From contig CANPHV010000001.1 of the NCBI GenBank assembly GCA_947573965.1, positions 1-57,715 of the forward strand: DNA of 57,715 nt, written 5' to 3'. Under the pieces are notes generated by a model that did not search any database, was not told the origin of the DNA, and saw only the letters and a program-made list of their open reading frames with translations. Of this stretch, positions 40,652-50,763 are shown piece after piece. The position numbers and the translations under genes are program-made. How positions within the stretch are numbered: the stretch's first letter is position 1; every line of letters begins with the position of its first letter. This DNA is from an uncultured Clostridium sp. (GTDB lineage Bacteria > Bacillota > Clostridia > TANB77 > CAG-508).

Positions 40652-40727
40652 ATGGTCACGTTGTGCCTGTCCCAGAAATGCCCAAATGTCCACTTGGTGC
40701 CTGTCCCAAAAAGTCCCAAAAAGTCTC
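40652..40727. repeat. GGGAC-core repeat cluster downstream of era
   Basis: 40652-40677 is identical to the first 26 nt of the right arm of the 39631-39695 palindrome; followed by GGTGCCTGTCCCAAAAAGTCCCAAAAAGTCT. Confidence 0.85.
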
Positions 40728-40808
40728 TTAAAAATGTATAAAAATGAATGAATTTGCAAATGATAAAGTTAAAGGTAATACTTTAATATAATAAAGGAAG
40801 TGAAGGTT

Positions 40809-41000
40809 ATGATTAAGAAGATAGCATGGCAAACCTTTAAGAATACAGGTGATATTAATACTTTTATGGAATTGAAACAAATTGAAGAAATAGAAAAGGA
40901 AATAGAAAAGGAAGTAGAAGGACATTCTTTGATGTCTTTGGAAGAAGGATACGAAAATGGCAAATGTGAAAATAAATGGAATTGTATTGGCAGAGAGTAA
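40809..41000 (+). CDS. YqzL-like small protein
   Basis: IAWQTFKNTGDINTFMELKQIEE resembles the YqzL W..F..TG.I..Y motif; sits between era and recO, as in Bacillus; its tail overlaps the recO start. Confidence 0.5.
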   Translation: MIKKIAWQTFKNTGDINTFMELKQIEEIEKEIEKEVEGHSLMSLEEGYENGKCENKWNCIGRE

Positions 41001-41686
41001 TATGGGGGATTTTGATAAGATGCTTACGATACTAACACCAAATGTGCGGGAAGATTTCGTGTGTTGCTAAAGGAGCAAGAAGACCAAAAAGTGCTCTTTT
41101 GGCTGGTACGCAAATGTTTTGCTTTGGAGAATATTTGGTGTTTAAGGGCTCTCAGACATATCATATTAATTCGGTAGAACCAATTGAGGTGTTTTACAAC
41201 ATAAGGATTGATTTGGATAAATTAAAATATGCTGTACATATTAATAAAATTGTGCAAGATGTAACACATGAAAATCAAAATTGTTACAAAATTTTGCAAT
41301 TGTTATTAAATACACTTTATACAATATCAGAGACGGATAAAAATTTGGATATGGTATTGGGTGTATTTAAATTGCGTTTATTATGCATTTTAGGATTTAC
41401 GCCACAAGTTATGAAATGTGTGAACTGTGGAGAAGAAGAGAACTTGATAGGCTTTAGTATAAAGGATAATGGCCTAAAGTGCAAAGCTTGTGGAAAACAG
41501 GATACAAGTATGCTTCAAATTAGCGAAAGTACATTGAATGCGATTAAATATACAGTGACGGCGCCACCAAAAAAATTATACTCTTTTAATTTGAAAGATG
41601 ATGCTCTAGAGGAATTTAAGTTAGTGACAAAACTTTATTTTAATGAAAAGCTGGAGAAGGAATATAAATTAGAAGATTTGTTTTAA
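40957..41686 (+). CDS. recO: DNA repair protein RecO; needs +1 at CGG 41047-41049
   Basis: N-terminus MANVKINGIVLAESNMGDFDKMLTILTPNV joins to GKISCVAKGARRPKSALLAG (track ORF 41042..41686); Zn-finger CVNCG..CKACG. Confidence 0.85.
41047..41049 (+). other. in-frame CGG / +1 frame-break site (recO)
   Basis: GTG CGG GAA ... TAA; GTG (C) GGG AAG ATT TCG restores the conserved GKI..AKGA motif. Confidence 0.85.
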
Positions 41687-41902
41687 AAAGTGATGAAAGA
41701 GATGCAAATGAGACAATTTGATAAAATGCTTGACTTTTAAATCATAAACCTATTATTATAAAGAAAATTAATTAACAGCAGAAGATGTAAAATGCCAGAC
41801 TTATCAGCGTATTTAAGTAAAAGACTTAAGAGAGAAAAAATAGAATTTGACAATTCCCAAATTAATGATATAATAAAATCATAAAAGAAGGGAGCGATTA
41901 TT

Positions 41903-42430
41903 ATGAAAATAAAAATAACAGGAAAAGAATTAAAAATAACAGAAGCAATCAATGACTACGTAGAAAAGAAATTGGACAGAATTGATAAATATTTTGAAGA
42001 GGCAGAAGCAGAAGTAACATTAAAAACAGAAAAAAATGAGCAAATAGCAGAAATTTGTGTAAATGCTAATGGAGAAAAATACAGAGCAGTAACAGAAGAC
42101 AAAGATATGTATGCATCGATTGATAAAGATATCGACATCTTAGAAGGACAAATTAGAAAAGCAAAAACAAAAAGAGAAAAGATGATGAAAGAAGGGTCAT
42201 TAAAAACAATGGAAACAGTAGTAGACCCAATAGCAGAAATTGCAGAAGAAATCATCAAAACATCTTATTATGAAATTAAACCAATGTTACCAGAAGATGC
42301 TGTTTTAAAATTAAAAGAAAAACCAAGTCACAATTTCTTAGTATTTATTAACGTAGAAACAGGAAAAGTAAATGCAATTCACAAATTAAAAGATGGAAAA
42401 AACTATGGACTAGTAGAGCCAGAAGCATAA
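41903..42430 (+). CDS. hpf: ribosome hibernation promoting factor (long form)
   Basis: MKIKITGKELKITEAINDYVEKKLDRIDKYF; 175 aa with a C-terminal dimerisation domain. Confidence 0.9.
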   Translation: MKIKITGKELKITEAINDYVEKKLDRIDKYFEEAEAEVTLKTEKNEQIAEICVNANGEKYRAVTEDKDMYASIDKDIDILEGQIRKAKTKREKMMKEGSLKTMETVVDPIAEIAEEIIKTSYYEIKPMLPEDAVLKLKEKPSHNFLVFINVETGKVNAIHKLKDGKNYGLVEPEA

Positions 42431-42449
42431 AAATAATAAAAAAGGAAGA

Positions 42450-42476
42450 AGGCAGGAAATCAAATCCTGCCTTTAT
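42450..42476. terminator. bidirectional terminator between hpf and the SASP gene
   Basis: 8-bp stem AGGCAGGA/TCCTGCCT; A-rich upstream, T-rich downstream. Confidence 0.7.
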
Positions 42477-42553
42477 GTATTTTAAAATAAAATAAATAAA
42501 AACAAAATTTAACTTCCTACCTATGAAAAGATTGTATAAACAATTAAGAAAAA

Positions 42554-42751
42554 CTATTTCATTTGTTGTTCAGCTTGTTGGATCATTTTTCTAACCATGT
42601 TACCACCGATTCTACCAGCATCTTTAGCTGAGATATCTCCATTATATCCGTCTTTTAAATTAACACCAACTTCACTAGCTACTTCATATTTGAACTTATC
42701 TAAAGCAGACATAGCTTCTGGAACTAATTTTTTGTTTGAATTTGTTGCCAT
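42554..42751 (-). CDS. alpha/beta-type small acid-soluble spore protein
   Basis: 65 aa, MATNSNKKLVPEAMSALDKFKYEVASEVGV...GGNMVRKMI; GGAGGTG RBS before ATG 42751 (the longer track ORF start is rejected). Confidence 0.9.
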   Translation of the reverse strand: MATNSNKKLVPEAMSALDKFKYEVASEVGVNLKDGYNGDISAKDAGRIGGNMVRKMIQQAEQQMK

Positions 42752-42930
42752 CGTTTTTTCACCTCCTGTAATATTACATATAGAAAAAACCTTTGCTTTT
42801 TCTAATACTATCATTTGCAAAAAAAGATAAAAATAAACAAACAATTTTTTCCAAAAACAAAACAAGAAATCAGTTGCAAATTAAAAAATAAAAAGTTATA
42901 ATAAAAGTTGAAACTAAGGAGTGAGCAAAT

Positions 42931-43794
42931 ATGTATAAATTAGTAGCAGTTGATTTAGACGGAACGATGTTAAACCCATATGGAATTGTAACGGAAAACA
43001 CAAAAAATATCATTCAACAAACCATTGAAAAAGGAACCGATGTCATCATAGCATCAGGAAGACCAATTGATTCTATCAAAACCATTGCCAAAGAAATTGG
43101 AAGCAAAAATTATTTTATAGCAGGAAATGGTGCTTTAATTTATGATATGAAAAAAGATAAAATTATATACGACAAATTCTTACCGAAACATAAAGTATTA
43201 GAAATTATCAAAATATGTGAAGAAAATAGTATTAGTTACAATGTTTACACAGACCAAACGATATTGGCGACTGCGTTAAAATATAATGTTTTATATTATC
43301 ATAAAGAAAATTTAAAAAAAGAAGAAAATAAGCAAACTAAAATTAGTATAATTGAAAACATGTATGAATATGTAAAAAATAAAAAAGAAGAAAAATATTT
43401 AAAAATAACAATTTGTGATGATAATCAAACGGTTTTTCAATCCATTATTAGAAAATTAAGAAAAATTCAAGGGATTGAAGTATTAGATGTTTCGCATATG
43501 TCCAGAAAAACAATTAAACAAGGAACAGAGGAAATAACGATTGCTTATTATACAGAAATAACCGTACAAAATGTTGACAAATGGAATGCCATAGAATTTT
43601 TAATGCAAAAATTAAAAATTAGCAAAGAGGAAATAGTAGCAATCGGAGACAATGTGAATGATAAGAAAATGATACAAGAGGCAGGATTAGGGGTAGCAAT
43701 GGGAGGAAGTACACCAGAAATAACCCAAATAGCGGATTATGTAACAACCTCCAATAATGAGGAAGGTGTAGCAAAAGTACTACAAAAAATCTAA
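42931..43794 (+). CDS. Cof-type HAD-IIB phosphatase
   Basis: N-terminal VAVDLDGTML, C-terminal IGDNVNDKKMIQEAGLGVAMG. Confidence 0.85.
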   Translation: MYKLVAVDLDGTMLNPYGIVTENTKNIIQQTIEKGTDVIIASGRPIDSIKTIAKEIGSKNYFIAGNGALIYDMKKDKIIYDKFLPKHKVLEIIKICEENSISYNVYTDQTILATALKYNVLYYHKENLKKEENKQTKISIIENMYEYVKNKKEEKYLKITICDDNQTVFQSIIRKLRKIQGIEVLDVSHMSRKTIKQGTEEITIAYYTEITVQNVDKWNAIEFLMQKLKISKEEIVAIGDNVNDKKMIQEAGLGVAMGGSTPEITQIADYVTTSNNEEGVAKVLQKI

Positions 43795-43801
43795 TAAGGG
43801 G

Positions 43802-43833
43802 AAGAGGGTTTTAGAAGAAAAAACCTTCTTTTT
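43802..43833 (+). terminator. intrinsic terminator preceding the Tad-like cluster
   Basis: 10-bp stem AAGAGGGTTT/AAACCTTCTT (one G-U) followed by T5. Confidence 0.7.
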
Positions 43834-44002
43834 AGTATTCATTTTAAAAACAATAGAAATATTACAAATACATTACAAACGTATTAACTTTTAGTAACAA
43901 CGCTTGAATTCATTGCTTTTGAAATTCATTTGCGTTACAATAAAATAGATGAATATTTTGTAAAAAAAGTAAAGAAAAATAAATTTTAAGGAGGAATTTG
44001 TC

Positions 44003-45097
44003 ATGGCAACAAATCCAATGCAAAGAAAAGCAAGAAACTCATTTTTATTAGGAATGTTATTAATGTTATTAATATCAGGAATTGTAATAGCATTATTATT
44101 CATGCAATTAATGAACAAAACAAAGAAAGAGAAAGAAGAGCTACAAGCAAGTGTAAAAGCGTATGTATTAAATCAAGACGTAAGTTCAGGACAAGTTATT
44201 ACAACAGACATGTTAACAATGCAAACCGTCAACAGAAATCTTGTGCCTAGCAATGCAACCAGCGACATTAGCTTGATTGAGAACTATGCTTTGCAAGATA
44301 AAGAAGGAAATGACATTTATACCAAAATAGAAAACAATATACCAGCGTTATATATCAGAAAAGACAATAGAGAATATCAAGTAAAACAAGAAGACGAAAC
44401 AGATAATTACTATATTGAAAAAAATAATGATAAAGAATATTTAGAACTAAATAGTGTACCATTAGTAGCAAAAGTAACCATGAAGAAAAACACATTAATC
44501 ACCACAGAATTACTTAGTAAAAGTGATAATCCAGTGAGAAATGACGTTAGAAAACAAGAATACAATATGTTAGTATTACCAATGGATTTAGCTACAGGAG
44601 ATTATATTGACATTAGACTTATGCTACCATCAGGGCAAGATTATATTATCGTATCTAAAAAAGAAGTAGAAGTACCAAATGTAGGTGGTATAGATTCAGA
44701 AGACACCATTTGGGTCAATCTATCAGAAGATGAAATTCTACATATGAGTTGTGCTATTTACGAAGCTTACAAAATAAAAGGATCTAAAATTTATGCTACA
44801 AAATATACAGAAGCTGGAATGCAAGACGCAGCAACACCAACTTATCCAGTAAACGAAAGCACTTCAAGATTGTTACAAAACAATCCAAACATTGTAGAAA
44901 GAGCTATGAATGAAATTGCAAATCGTTATAATAATACAGATGCATCAAACTTAAGAAACAATTATATCAATCCAGAAGTTAGTAACCAAGGAGACCAAGC
45001 ACAAACCAATGTTGAAACCAATATGCAAGAAAGTACAACAAATTCTAAGAACTCTAGAAAAGAATACCTAGACTCTTTAGCGGGAGTAATAGAATAG
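44003..45097 (+). CDS. CpaB/RcpC-like pilus assembly protein (TM anchor + SAF-like domain)
   Basis: AAGGAGG RBS; TM helix; VKAYVLNQDVSSGQVITTDML (SAF-like) and MDLATGDYIDIRLMLPSG..VNLSEDEILHMSCA (RcpC-like) pattern. Confidence 0.7.
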   Translation: MATNPMQRKARNSFLLGMLLMLLISGIVIALLFMQLMNKTKKEKEELQASVKAYVLNQDVSSGQVITTDMLTMQTVNRNLVPSNATSDISLIENYALQDKEGNDIYTKIENNIPALYIRKDNREYQVKQEDETDNYYIEKNNDKEYLELNSVPLVAKVTMKKNTLITTELLSKSDNPVRNDVRKQEYNMLVLPMDLATGDYIDIRLMLPSGQDYIIVSKKEVEVPNVGGIDSEDTIWVNLSEDEILHMSCAIYEAYKIKGSKIYATKYTEAGMQDAATPTYPVNESTSRLLQNNPNIVERAMNEIANRYNNTDASNLRNNYINPEVSNQGDQAQTNVETNMQESTTNSKNSRKEYLDSLAGVIE

Positions 45098-45116
45098 AAA
45101 AGGGAGAGAAACACAC

Positions 45117-45815
45117 ATGAAGAAAATAGGATTTATAGGAGCCTATGATAAAACCGATTTAATTGTATATGTAGCTAAAATATTGACAACGTTACACAAA
45201 AAAGTACTAGTGGTGGATGCAACGATAAATCAAAAAGCAAGATACATTGTACCAACAATAAGTCCTGCAGCCACCTACGTGACAGACTTTGAAGACATTG
45301 ATATAGCCGTGGGCTTTTCCGACATGGAAGGGATTAGAAACTATTTAGGAATGGCAGAAGAACAAGAATGGGAATATGACATTGTTTTATTTGATACAGA
45401 TAGCATTACAGGACTTAAGCAATTTCAATTAGAAGAAGCCCAAAAAAATTACTTTGTAACTTCTTTTGACAATTATTCATTGAAAAAAGGATTAGAAACC
45501 CTAATTGAACTAAAAGAACCAATGAGCCTAACCAAAGTTCTATTTTCAAAAGAAATGTTAAAAGAAGAAGATGACTACTTAAATTTTCTTTCTTTAGGAC
45601 ATAAAGTGATATGGAGTGAATATAGAATTTATTTTCCAATCGAAAATGGAGATTTAAATGTTATTTACGAAAATCAAAGAGTCGCTAAGATAAAGTTTAA
45701 GAAATTAAGCGTTCAATACAAAGATGGGCTAGCTTATCTAGCAGAAGAGATATTAGCAGATGTAAGTGAAAGCAATATAAGGAAGGCCATCAAAATCATT
45801 GAAAAAGGAGTATAG
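45117..45815 (+). CDS. ParA/MinD-fold protein with degenerate P-loop (TadZ/CpaE-like position)
   Basis: KIGFIGAYDKTDLIVYVAKILTTLHKKVLVVDAT occupies the place of xKGGVGKT...VLLVDxD; YDIVLFDTDS is Walker-B-like; no GK[ST]. Confidence 0.6.
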   Translation: MKKIGFIGAYDKTDLIVYVAKILTTLHKKVLVVDATINQKARYIVPTISPAATYVTDFEDIDIAVGFSDMEGIRNYLGMAEEQEWEYDIVLFDTDSITGLKQFQLEEAQKNYFVTSFDNYSLKKGLETLIELKEPMSLTKVLFSKEMLKEEDDYLNFLSLGHKVIWSEYRIYFPIENGDLNVIYENQRVAKIKFKKLSVQYKDGLAYLAEEILADVSESNIRKAIKIIEKGV

Positions 45816-45817
45816 AA

Positions 45818-46648
45818 ATGTCAATTGTAACTTTTTGGAATAACGGAAAAGAACAAACAGGAAAAACACTATCTTTAGCAGCCATTTCTACCCAATTAGC
45901 AGTAGAACATAACTATCGAATTTTAGTTATTTCAACAGGCTACCAAGATGAAAATTTAGATAATTGTTTTTGGGAAGCCAAAAAAGTAAAAAGAAACTTA
46001 GGATTATTTGGACCCAATACAAATGTTGCTATGCAAGAAGGAATTTCAGGATTAACAAGAATGATGAAAAGTAACAAATTATCGCCAGACCAAATAACAA
46101 ATTATACAAAAATTATCTTAAAAGATAGATTGGAAATTTTGCCAACTTTCAAAGGAGAGAAAAGTGAATACAACGATATTAGAAGATATTATCCAGACAT
46201 TATCAACTTAGCTAACAACTATTATGATTTAGTATTAGTAGACTTAGACAAACAAGTACAAGACGATATTGCAGATTTAATAATGGAAAATTCTAATTTA
46301 ATTGTTGTTAATTTAAGCCAAAGATTGTCAGCTCTTAATTCCTTTATGGAATTAAGAGAAGAAAAACCAATATTAAAATCGAAAAAAACATTATTATTAA
46401 TAGGAAGATATGACAAATATTCAAAATATAACATAAAAAATATATCAAGATATTTAGGTGAAAAAAATAAAGTATCGACACTTCCTTACAATACATTATT
46501 TTTTGAAGCATGTGAAGAAGCCAAAGTGCCAGACCTATTTTTAAGCCTAAGAAAAACAATAGGAGAAGATGACAGAAATGGATTTTTTATAGCAGAAGTA
46601 AAAAGAACAGTAGACAACATTATTTATCGATTAGAAGATTTAAGATAA
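45818..46648 (+). CDS. ParA/MinD-fold ATPase-like protein (second TadZ/CpaE-like paralogue)
   Basis: FWNNGKEQTGKTLSLAAIS keeps GxxxxGKT; YDLVLVDLD is Walker-B-like. Confidence 0.6.
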   Translation: MSIVTFWNNGKEQTGKTLSLAAISTQLAVEHNYRILVISTGYQDENLDNCFWEAKKVKRNLGLFGPNTNVAMQEGISGLTRMMKSNKLSPDQITNYTKIILKDRLEILPTFKGEKSEYNDIRRYYPDIINLANNYYDLVLVDLDKQVQDDIADLIMENSNLIVVNLSQRLSALNSFMELREEKPILKSKKTLLLIGRYDKYSKYNIKNISRYLGEKNKVSTLPYNTLFFEACEEAKVPDLFLSLRKTIGEDDRNGFFIAEVKRTVDNIIYRLEDLR

Positions 46649-46672
46649 CTTATTTTAAGGAGGGAACACTAA

Positions 46673-48640
46673 ATGACAATAACAAACATCATATTAATAC
46701 TAGTCGTTATAGCCATTGCAGGTTATGCCATTTACCATAGTATTAAGAAAAAGCAAACAGCAGAAGTAGAAGTACAAGTTGATGTAGACGATAAAACTTA
46801 TACCATTGAAAAAATGATAGAGTTTGTTAAAAAAAGACTAGACGAAATTACTAAAATCAACTTATATGATATAGGTCTTTCAGAAGAAGAATTAAAAAGA
46901 AGAAAAAACAAGAAATACGAATTGAAAAAAGCTTTAAAAGGATGTACCTATGGTGATGTTAATGATAAAAAATACGTAAAAGAATTGATTTTTGATTTAT
47001 TAGAAAAAGAATATGGTGTAACAGAAAGTAATATATCAAAAGCAATTCCATTTGATATTCCTTCCATTTTAACAGCACAAGATAAATTTGATATACTAAT
47101 TTATAGTTATAAAAAAGAATTTGGTTATGAAGCCCTAACAGAACTAATTAAAAAATACAACTTAGCAACCCTAAAATATGTAGAAGGAGAAACAAAACCT
47201 TCTTATGTAATAACTTGTAACGAAATTGAAGAAATTTACGAAAAAGAAAATATTGTATTAACCTTTTCCGATAAGCTATCTGTCGTTGTACAAAGAATTT
47301 ATCAACATTACAAAGGATATAGCAGTATTGACGAAGTAAGAGACATGAACATCGATGGTATTTCAGGTGGTGTATCTGGACTTCCAGAAAGCTTTTTAAG
47401 CCAAGTAGCGCAAGCAGATGGCGATTACTTAGAACAAGTAGCAGAACACAAAGTACCAAGAGCTTGTGATAGTATTTGGATTTTCTTCCAAGGTAAATCT
47501 ATTCGTTTAGAATTCTTATCTTTTGGAACCGAAGCAGAATTAAAAAGAGTATGCCAAAACATATATAAGTACAATAATCCAGGACAATTATCAGACACCA
47601 ATGGTTATAAAATCAATGAAATGAAAGATGGTTCTCGTGTTGTTGTTGTAAGACCAAGCTTTTCAGAAACCTGGGCATTTTTCGTAAGAAAGTTTGACGT
47701 AAAACGTTCAACATTAGAGCAATGGTTCAAAGGAGAACCAGGTTGTGATGATTCTATTGAATTATTAAAATACTTAGTAAAAGGAGCAAGAATTATTTCC
47801 ATTACTGGTGAGCAAGGTTGTGGTAAAACCACTATGTTAATGGGTATGATAGAAAATATCTATGAAACCATGAACATCCGTGTTCAAGAAACAGCTTTCG
47901 AGCTTCACTTAAGAAAAATCTATCCAACCAGAAATATTTTGACCTTTAGAGAAACTGAAACCATATCAGGACAAGAAGGTTTGGACGTACAAAAGAAAAC
48001 TGACGGTTCTGTAAACATCATCGGAGAGGTTGCAACTGACCCCGTAGCATCTTGGATGATACAAGCAGCCCAAGTTGCTTCTAAGTTTACGTTATTTACA
48101 CACCACGCAAAAACCTTTCCAAACTTAGTAACAGCACTTAGAAACTCAATGCTTCGTGCTGGTGTTTTCAAAAACGAAAAAACAGCAGAAGAGCAAGTTG
48201 TACAAGTATTAAACTTTGACATTCACTTAACCAAAGACTTTAAAGGAAAAAGATTTGTAGAAAGAATTACAGAATGTATTCCAGTAGAAGAAAAAAATGA
48301 ATACACCTTTGACCATAGAAAAGAAAGTACGTTAGAAGGAAAATTCGATAAATTTTTCGATAACGCAACCCGTTATTTTGAAAAAATAACCGATCGACAA
48401 TTATATACATACCGAAACATATTAGAATATGTAGATGGAGAATATATTATAACAAACCCAATTACAGAACAAAACTTAAAAGAAATGAGAGTTAACATGG
48501 ATGAAATCGACTTAGAAAAATTTGACAAATTCATAGAAAAACATTGGGGAAATGAAACAAAGAAAACCATAGCAGTAGCAGCAGGAGAAGAGACAAAAAA
48601 ACGTGGAAGAAAAGCAAAAACTAGCGCAGAAAACCAATAA
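46673..48640 (+). CDS. membrane-anchored secretion ATPase (CpaF/TadA/VirB11-like)
   Basis: N-terminal TM helix ITNIILILVVIAIAGYAIY; Walker A ITGEQGCGKTT; Asp box DGSVNIIGEV; His box LFTHHAKT. Confidence 0.75.
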   Translation: MTITNIILILVVIAIAGYAIYHSIKKKQTAEVEVQVDVDDKTYTIEKMIEFVKKRLDEITKINLYDIGLSEEELKRRKNKKYELKKALKGCTYGDVNDKKYVKELIFDLLEKEYGVTESNISKAIPFDIPSILTAQDKFDILIYSYKKEFGYEALTELIKKYNLATLKYVEGETKPSYVITCNEIEEIYEKENIVLTFSDKLSVVVQRIYQHYKGYSSIDEVRDMNIDGISGGVSGLPESFLSQVAQADGDYLEQVAEHKVPRACDSIWIFFQGKSIRLEFLSFGTEAELKRVCQNIYKYNNPGQLSDTNGYKINEMKDGSRVVVVRPSFSETWAFFVRKFDVKRSTLEQWFKGEPGCDDSIELLKYLVKGARIISITGEQGCGKTTMLMGMIENIYETMNIRVQETAFELHLRKIYPTRNILTFRETETISGQEGLDVQKKTDGSVNIIGEVATDPVASWMIQAAQVASKFTLFTHHAKTFPNLVTALRNSMLRAGVFKNEKTAEEQVVQVLNFDIHLTKDFKGKRFVERITECIPVEEKNEYTFDHRKESTLEGKFDKFFDNATRYFEKITDRQLYTYRNILEYVDGEYIITNPITEQNLKEMRVNMDEIDLEKFDKFIEKHWGNETKKTIAVAAGEETKKRGRKAKTSAENQ

Positions 48641-48668
48641 CGATAAGAAAAAGAGAGGTGAATAACAA

Positions 48669-50744
48669 GTGAGCAACAATATGATATTTTATTTAATGGG
48701 TGGTTCGGCAGCATTGTTTGTAATCATTGTACTGATTTATGTAGTATTATCCAAAAAAATGCAAAAATCAGAATACAAAAGAATACAACAATTGCAACAA
48801 GGAACAAAGCGAAACAATTTTTCAACAGAAGTATTGTTCCAAAAATTATATCTGTTTTACATAAAAGTACCATTTATTAAAAGATATGTCTTAAAAATAA
48901 GAAGAAGATTAGAAATTATTAACATAGATGATGAATACAACACTAGAAAAGGAACAGCTAAAATTTTAACCAAAGCACTTGTTATTATTGTACCAATCAT
49001 AATTCTAACCATTATGATAACCTCTTCTAATTATCTATTAATGGCAATACTATTAATATTCGAAGTATTTATGGTAGATACTTTAATTGATGGTTCTGTT
49101 GACAAAATGGATAATAAAATATTAAAAGAACAAATTGACTTTTTCTCAGAAATTAGACATGCATATCATGAATTCAACATGGTAGAAGAAGCGATTTATC
49201 AAGTTTCACAAGATGACGAAATGAGTGTGTCAAGTCAAGGAGAAAAGATATATGAAATTCTAATTTCCAATGATCCAGAAATGGAATTAGAAAAATATTA
49301 TGACATTGCACCAAATAGCTTCTTAAAAGAATTTGCAGGGGTTTCATACTTAACGAAAGAATTTGGTGATAGAAAAGTAAATGGAGCATCCCTTTACTTA
49401 AAGAATATCAACAACATTACCCAAGAAATGCAATTGGAGATTTTAAAAAGAGACAAATTGAACTATGTATTTCAAAGTTTATCTGTCATTTCGATTGCAC
49501 CAGTCTTGTTGTTAGAACCTTTAAAAAATTGGGCTATTAAAAACTTTACTTTTACTGCTAACTGGTATGAAGGTAAGCCAGGAATGATAGTACAAATTTT
49601 AATTTTGATTATTACCTTTGCTTCTTATGTATTAGTTAGAAAATTAAAAGACAATGGATCTACTACTTCACAAGTAAAAAATACAGAGAATCCATGGCAA
49701 GCTAGATTATACAAGAAAAAACCAATTAAAAAAATAGTTGACTTATTTATACCAAAAGTAGGTTCTAAAGAATATCGAAAAGTGCAACAATATTTGAAAG
49801 ATGCAGCTTCGCATTTGAAAATGGAATGGCTTTACATGAATCGAATTGCTATGGCAATCGTTACTTGTATAGCGTCGATTGTAATTTTTTCACAATTGCA
49901 TGTGATTGCTATTGATTATATTTATACAGAGCCAACTACTGATTATGATATTATGGGTGAGTTATCTGCGAAAGATAAGAAAAAGGCAATGGAACTCACA
50001 GAACAAGATAATAAAGTGTTAGACCAATTCAAAGGAAAAACCAAGACCACGACTGTTCAAATTAGACAAGCAGTGCAAAGATTAAAATATTATCAAGAAG
50101 CAGAAGATGCTGAAATCGAAAAAGCAGTTAAAAGAATTGAAGACAAATTAGCCATTGTCAACAGTGAATATATGCAATGGTTTGAATTATTACTAGCATT
50201 TGTATTTGCCGTAGTTGCTTATATGGCACCAATTTGGTTATTAATTTTCCAAGTAAAAATGAGACAATTGGAAATGGAAGATGAAATCATGCAATTCCAG
50301 ACCATCATATTAATGTTAATGAGAATTGAAAGAGTTAATGTTGAAATTATATTAGAATGGTTAGAAAGATATTCCAATATTTTTAGAGCACCAATCACTA
50401 AGTGTGTGAACAACTATGAAGCAGGAGCTTGGGAAGCCTTAGAAGCGATGAAAGAAGAAGTAAGTTTTACCCAATTTATTCGAATTATCGAAAGTTTGCA
50501 AGCAGCTGTAGAAAAAATACCAATCACCGATGCTTTTGATGAGTTAGACTCAGAAAGAGACTATTATCAAGAAAAAAGAAAAGAAGCTAACGAAAGATTG
50601 ATTAGTAGGAAAGGAATGATTGGAAAAGCAATTGGTTTTGCACCGATGGTGTGTATGTTTGTAGGATACTTAATTATTCCATTGGTATTCATTGGATTAA
50701 CTAGTATGTCATCATCTTTTACCAACATGACAGCATCAAGATAA
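48669..50744 (+). CDS. large polytopic membrane protein, candidate TadB/TadC (GspF-like) platform
   Basis: GTG start after an AGAGAGGTGA RBS; 691 aa with several TM helices separated by helical cytoplasmic segments; sits directly after the ATPase. Confidence 0.55.
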   Translation: MSNNMIFYLMGGSAALFVIIVLIYVVLSKKMQKSEYKRIQQLQQGTKRNNFSTEVLFQKLYLFYIKVPFIKRYVLKIRRRLEIINIDDEYNTRKGTAKILTKALVIIVPIIILTIMITSSNYLLMAILLIFEVFMVDTLIDGSVDKMDNKILKEQIDFFSEIRHAYHEFNMVEEAIYQVSQDDEMSVSSQGEKIYEILISNDPEMELEKYYDIAPNSFLKEFAGVSYLTKEFGDRKVNGASLYLKNINNITQEMQLEILKRDKLNYVFQSLSVISIAPVLLLEPLKNWAIKNFTFTANWYEGKPGMIVQILILIITFASYVLVRKLKDNGSTTSQVKNTENPWQARLYKKKPIKKIVDLFIPKVGSKEYRKVQQYLKDAASHLKMEWLYMNRIAMAIVTCIASIVIFSQLHVIAIDYIYTEPTTDYDIMGELSAKDKKKAMELTEQDNKVLDQFKGKTKTTTVQIRQAVQRLKYYQEAEDAEIEKAVKRIEDKLAIVNSEYMQWFELLLAFVFAVVAYMAPIWLLIFQVKMRQLEMEDEIMQFQTIILMLMRIERVNVEIILEWLERYSNIFRAPITKCVNNYEAGAWEALEAMKEEVSFTQFIRIIESLQAAVEKIPITDAFDELDSERDYYQEKRKEANERLISRKGMIGKAIGFAPMVCMFVGYLIIPLVFIGLTSMSSSFTNMTASR

Positions 50745-50763
50745 ATAAGGGAGGAATGCTTCT

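Noticed and set aside
42752-42865. Longer 103-aa version of the SASP ORF, and a sigma-G promoter call upstream
   Set aside because: The N-terminal extension is hydrophobic junk with no RBS. The internal ATG at 42751 has a GGAGGTG RBS and gives a canonical 65-aa SASP. I could not match a convincing sigma-G -35/-10 by eye, so no promoter is called.
43904-43941. Sigma-A promoter for the Tad-like cluster
   Set aside because: TTGAAA and TACAAT are only 11 nt apart, and the other -35 candidate is 26 nt away. The spacing is incompatible, so only the direct repeats are noted.
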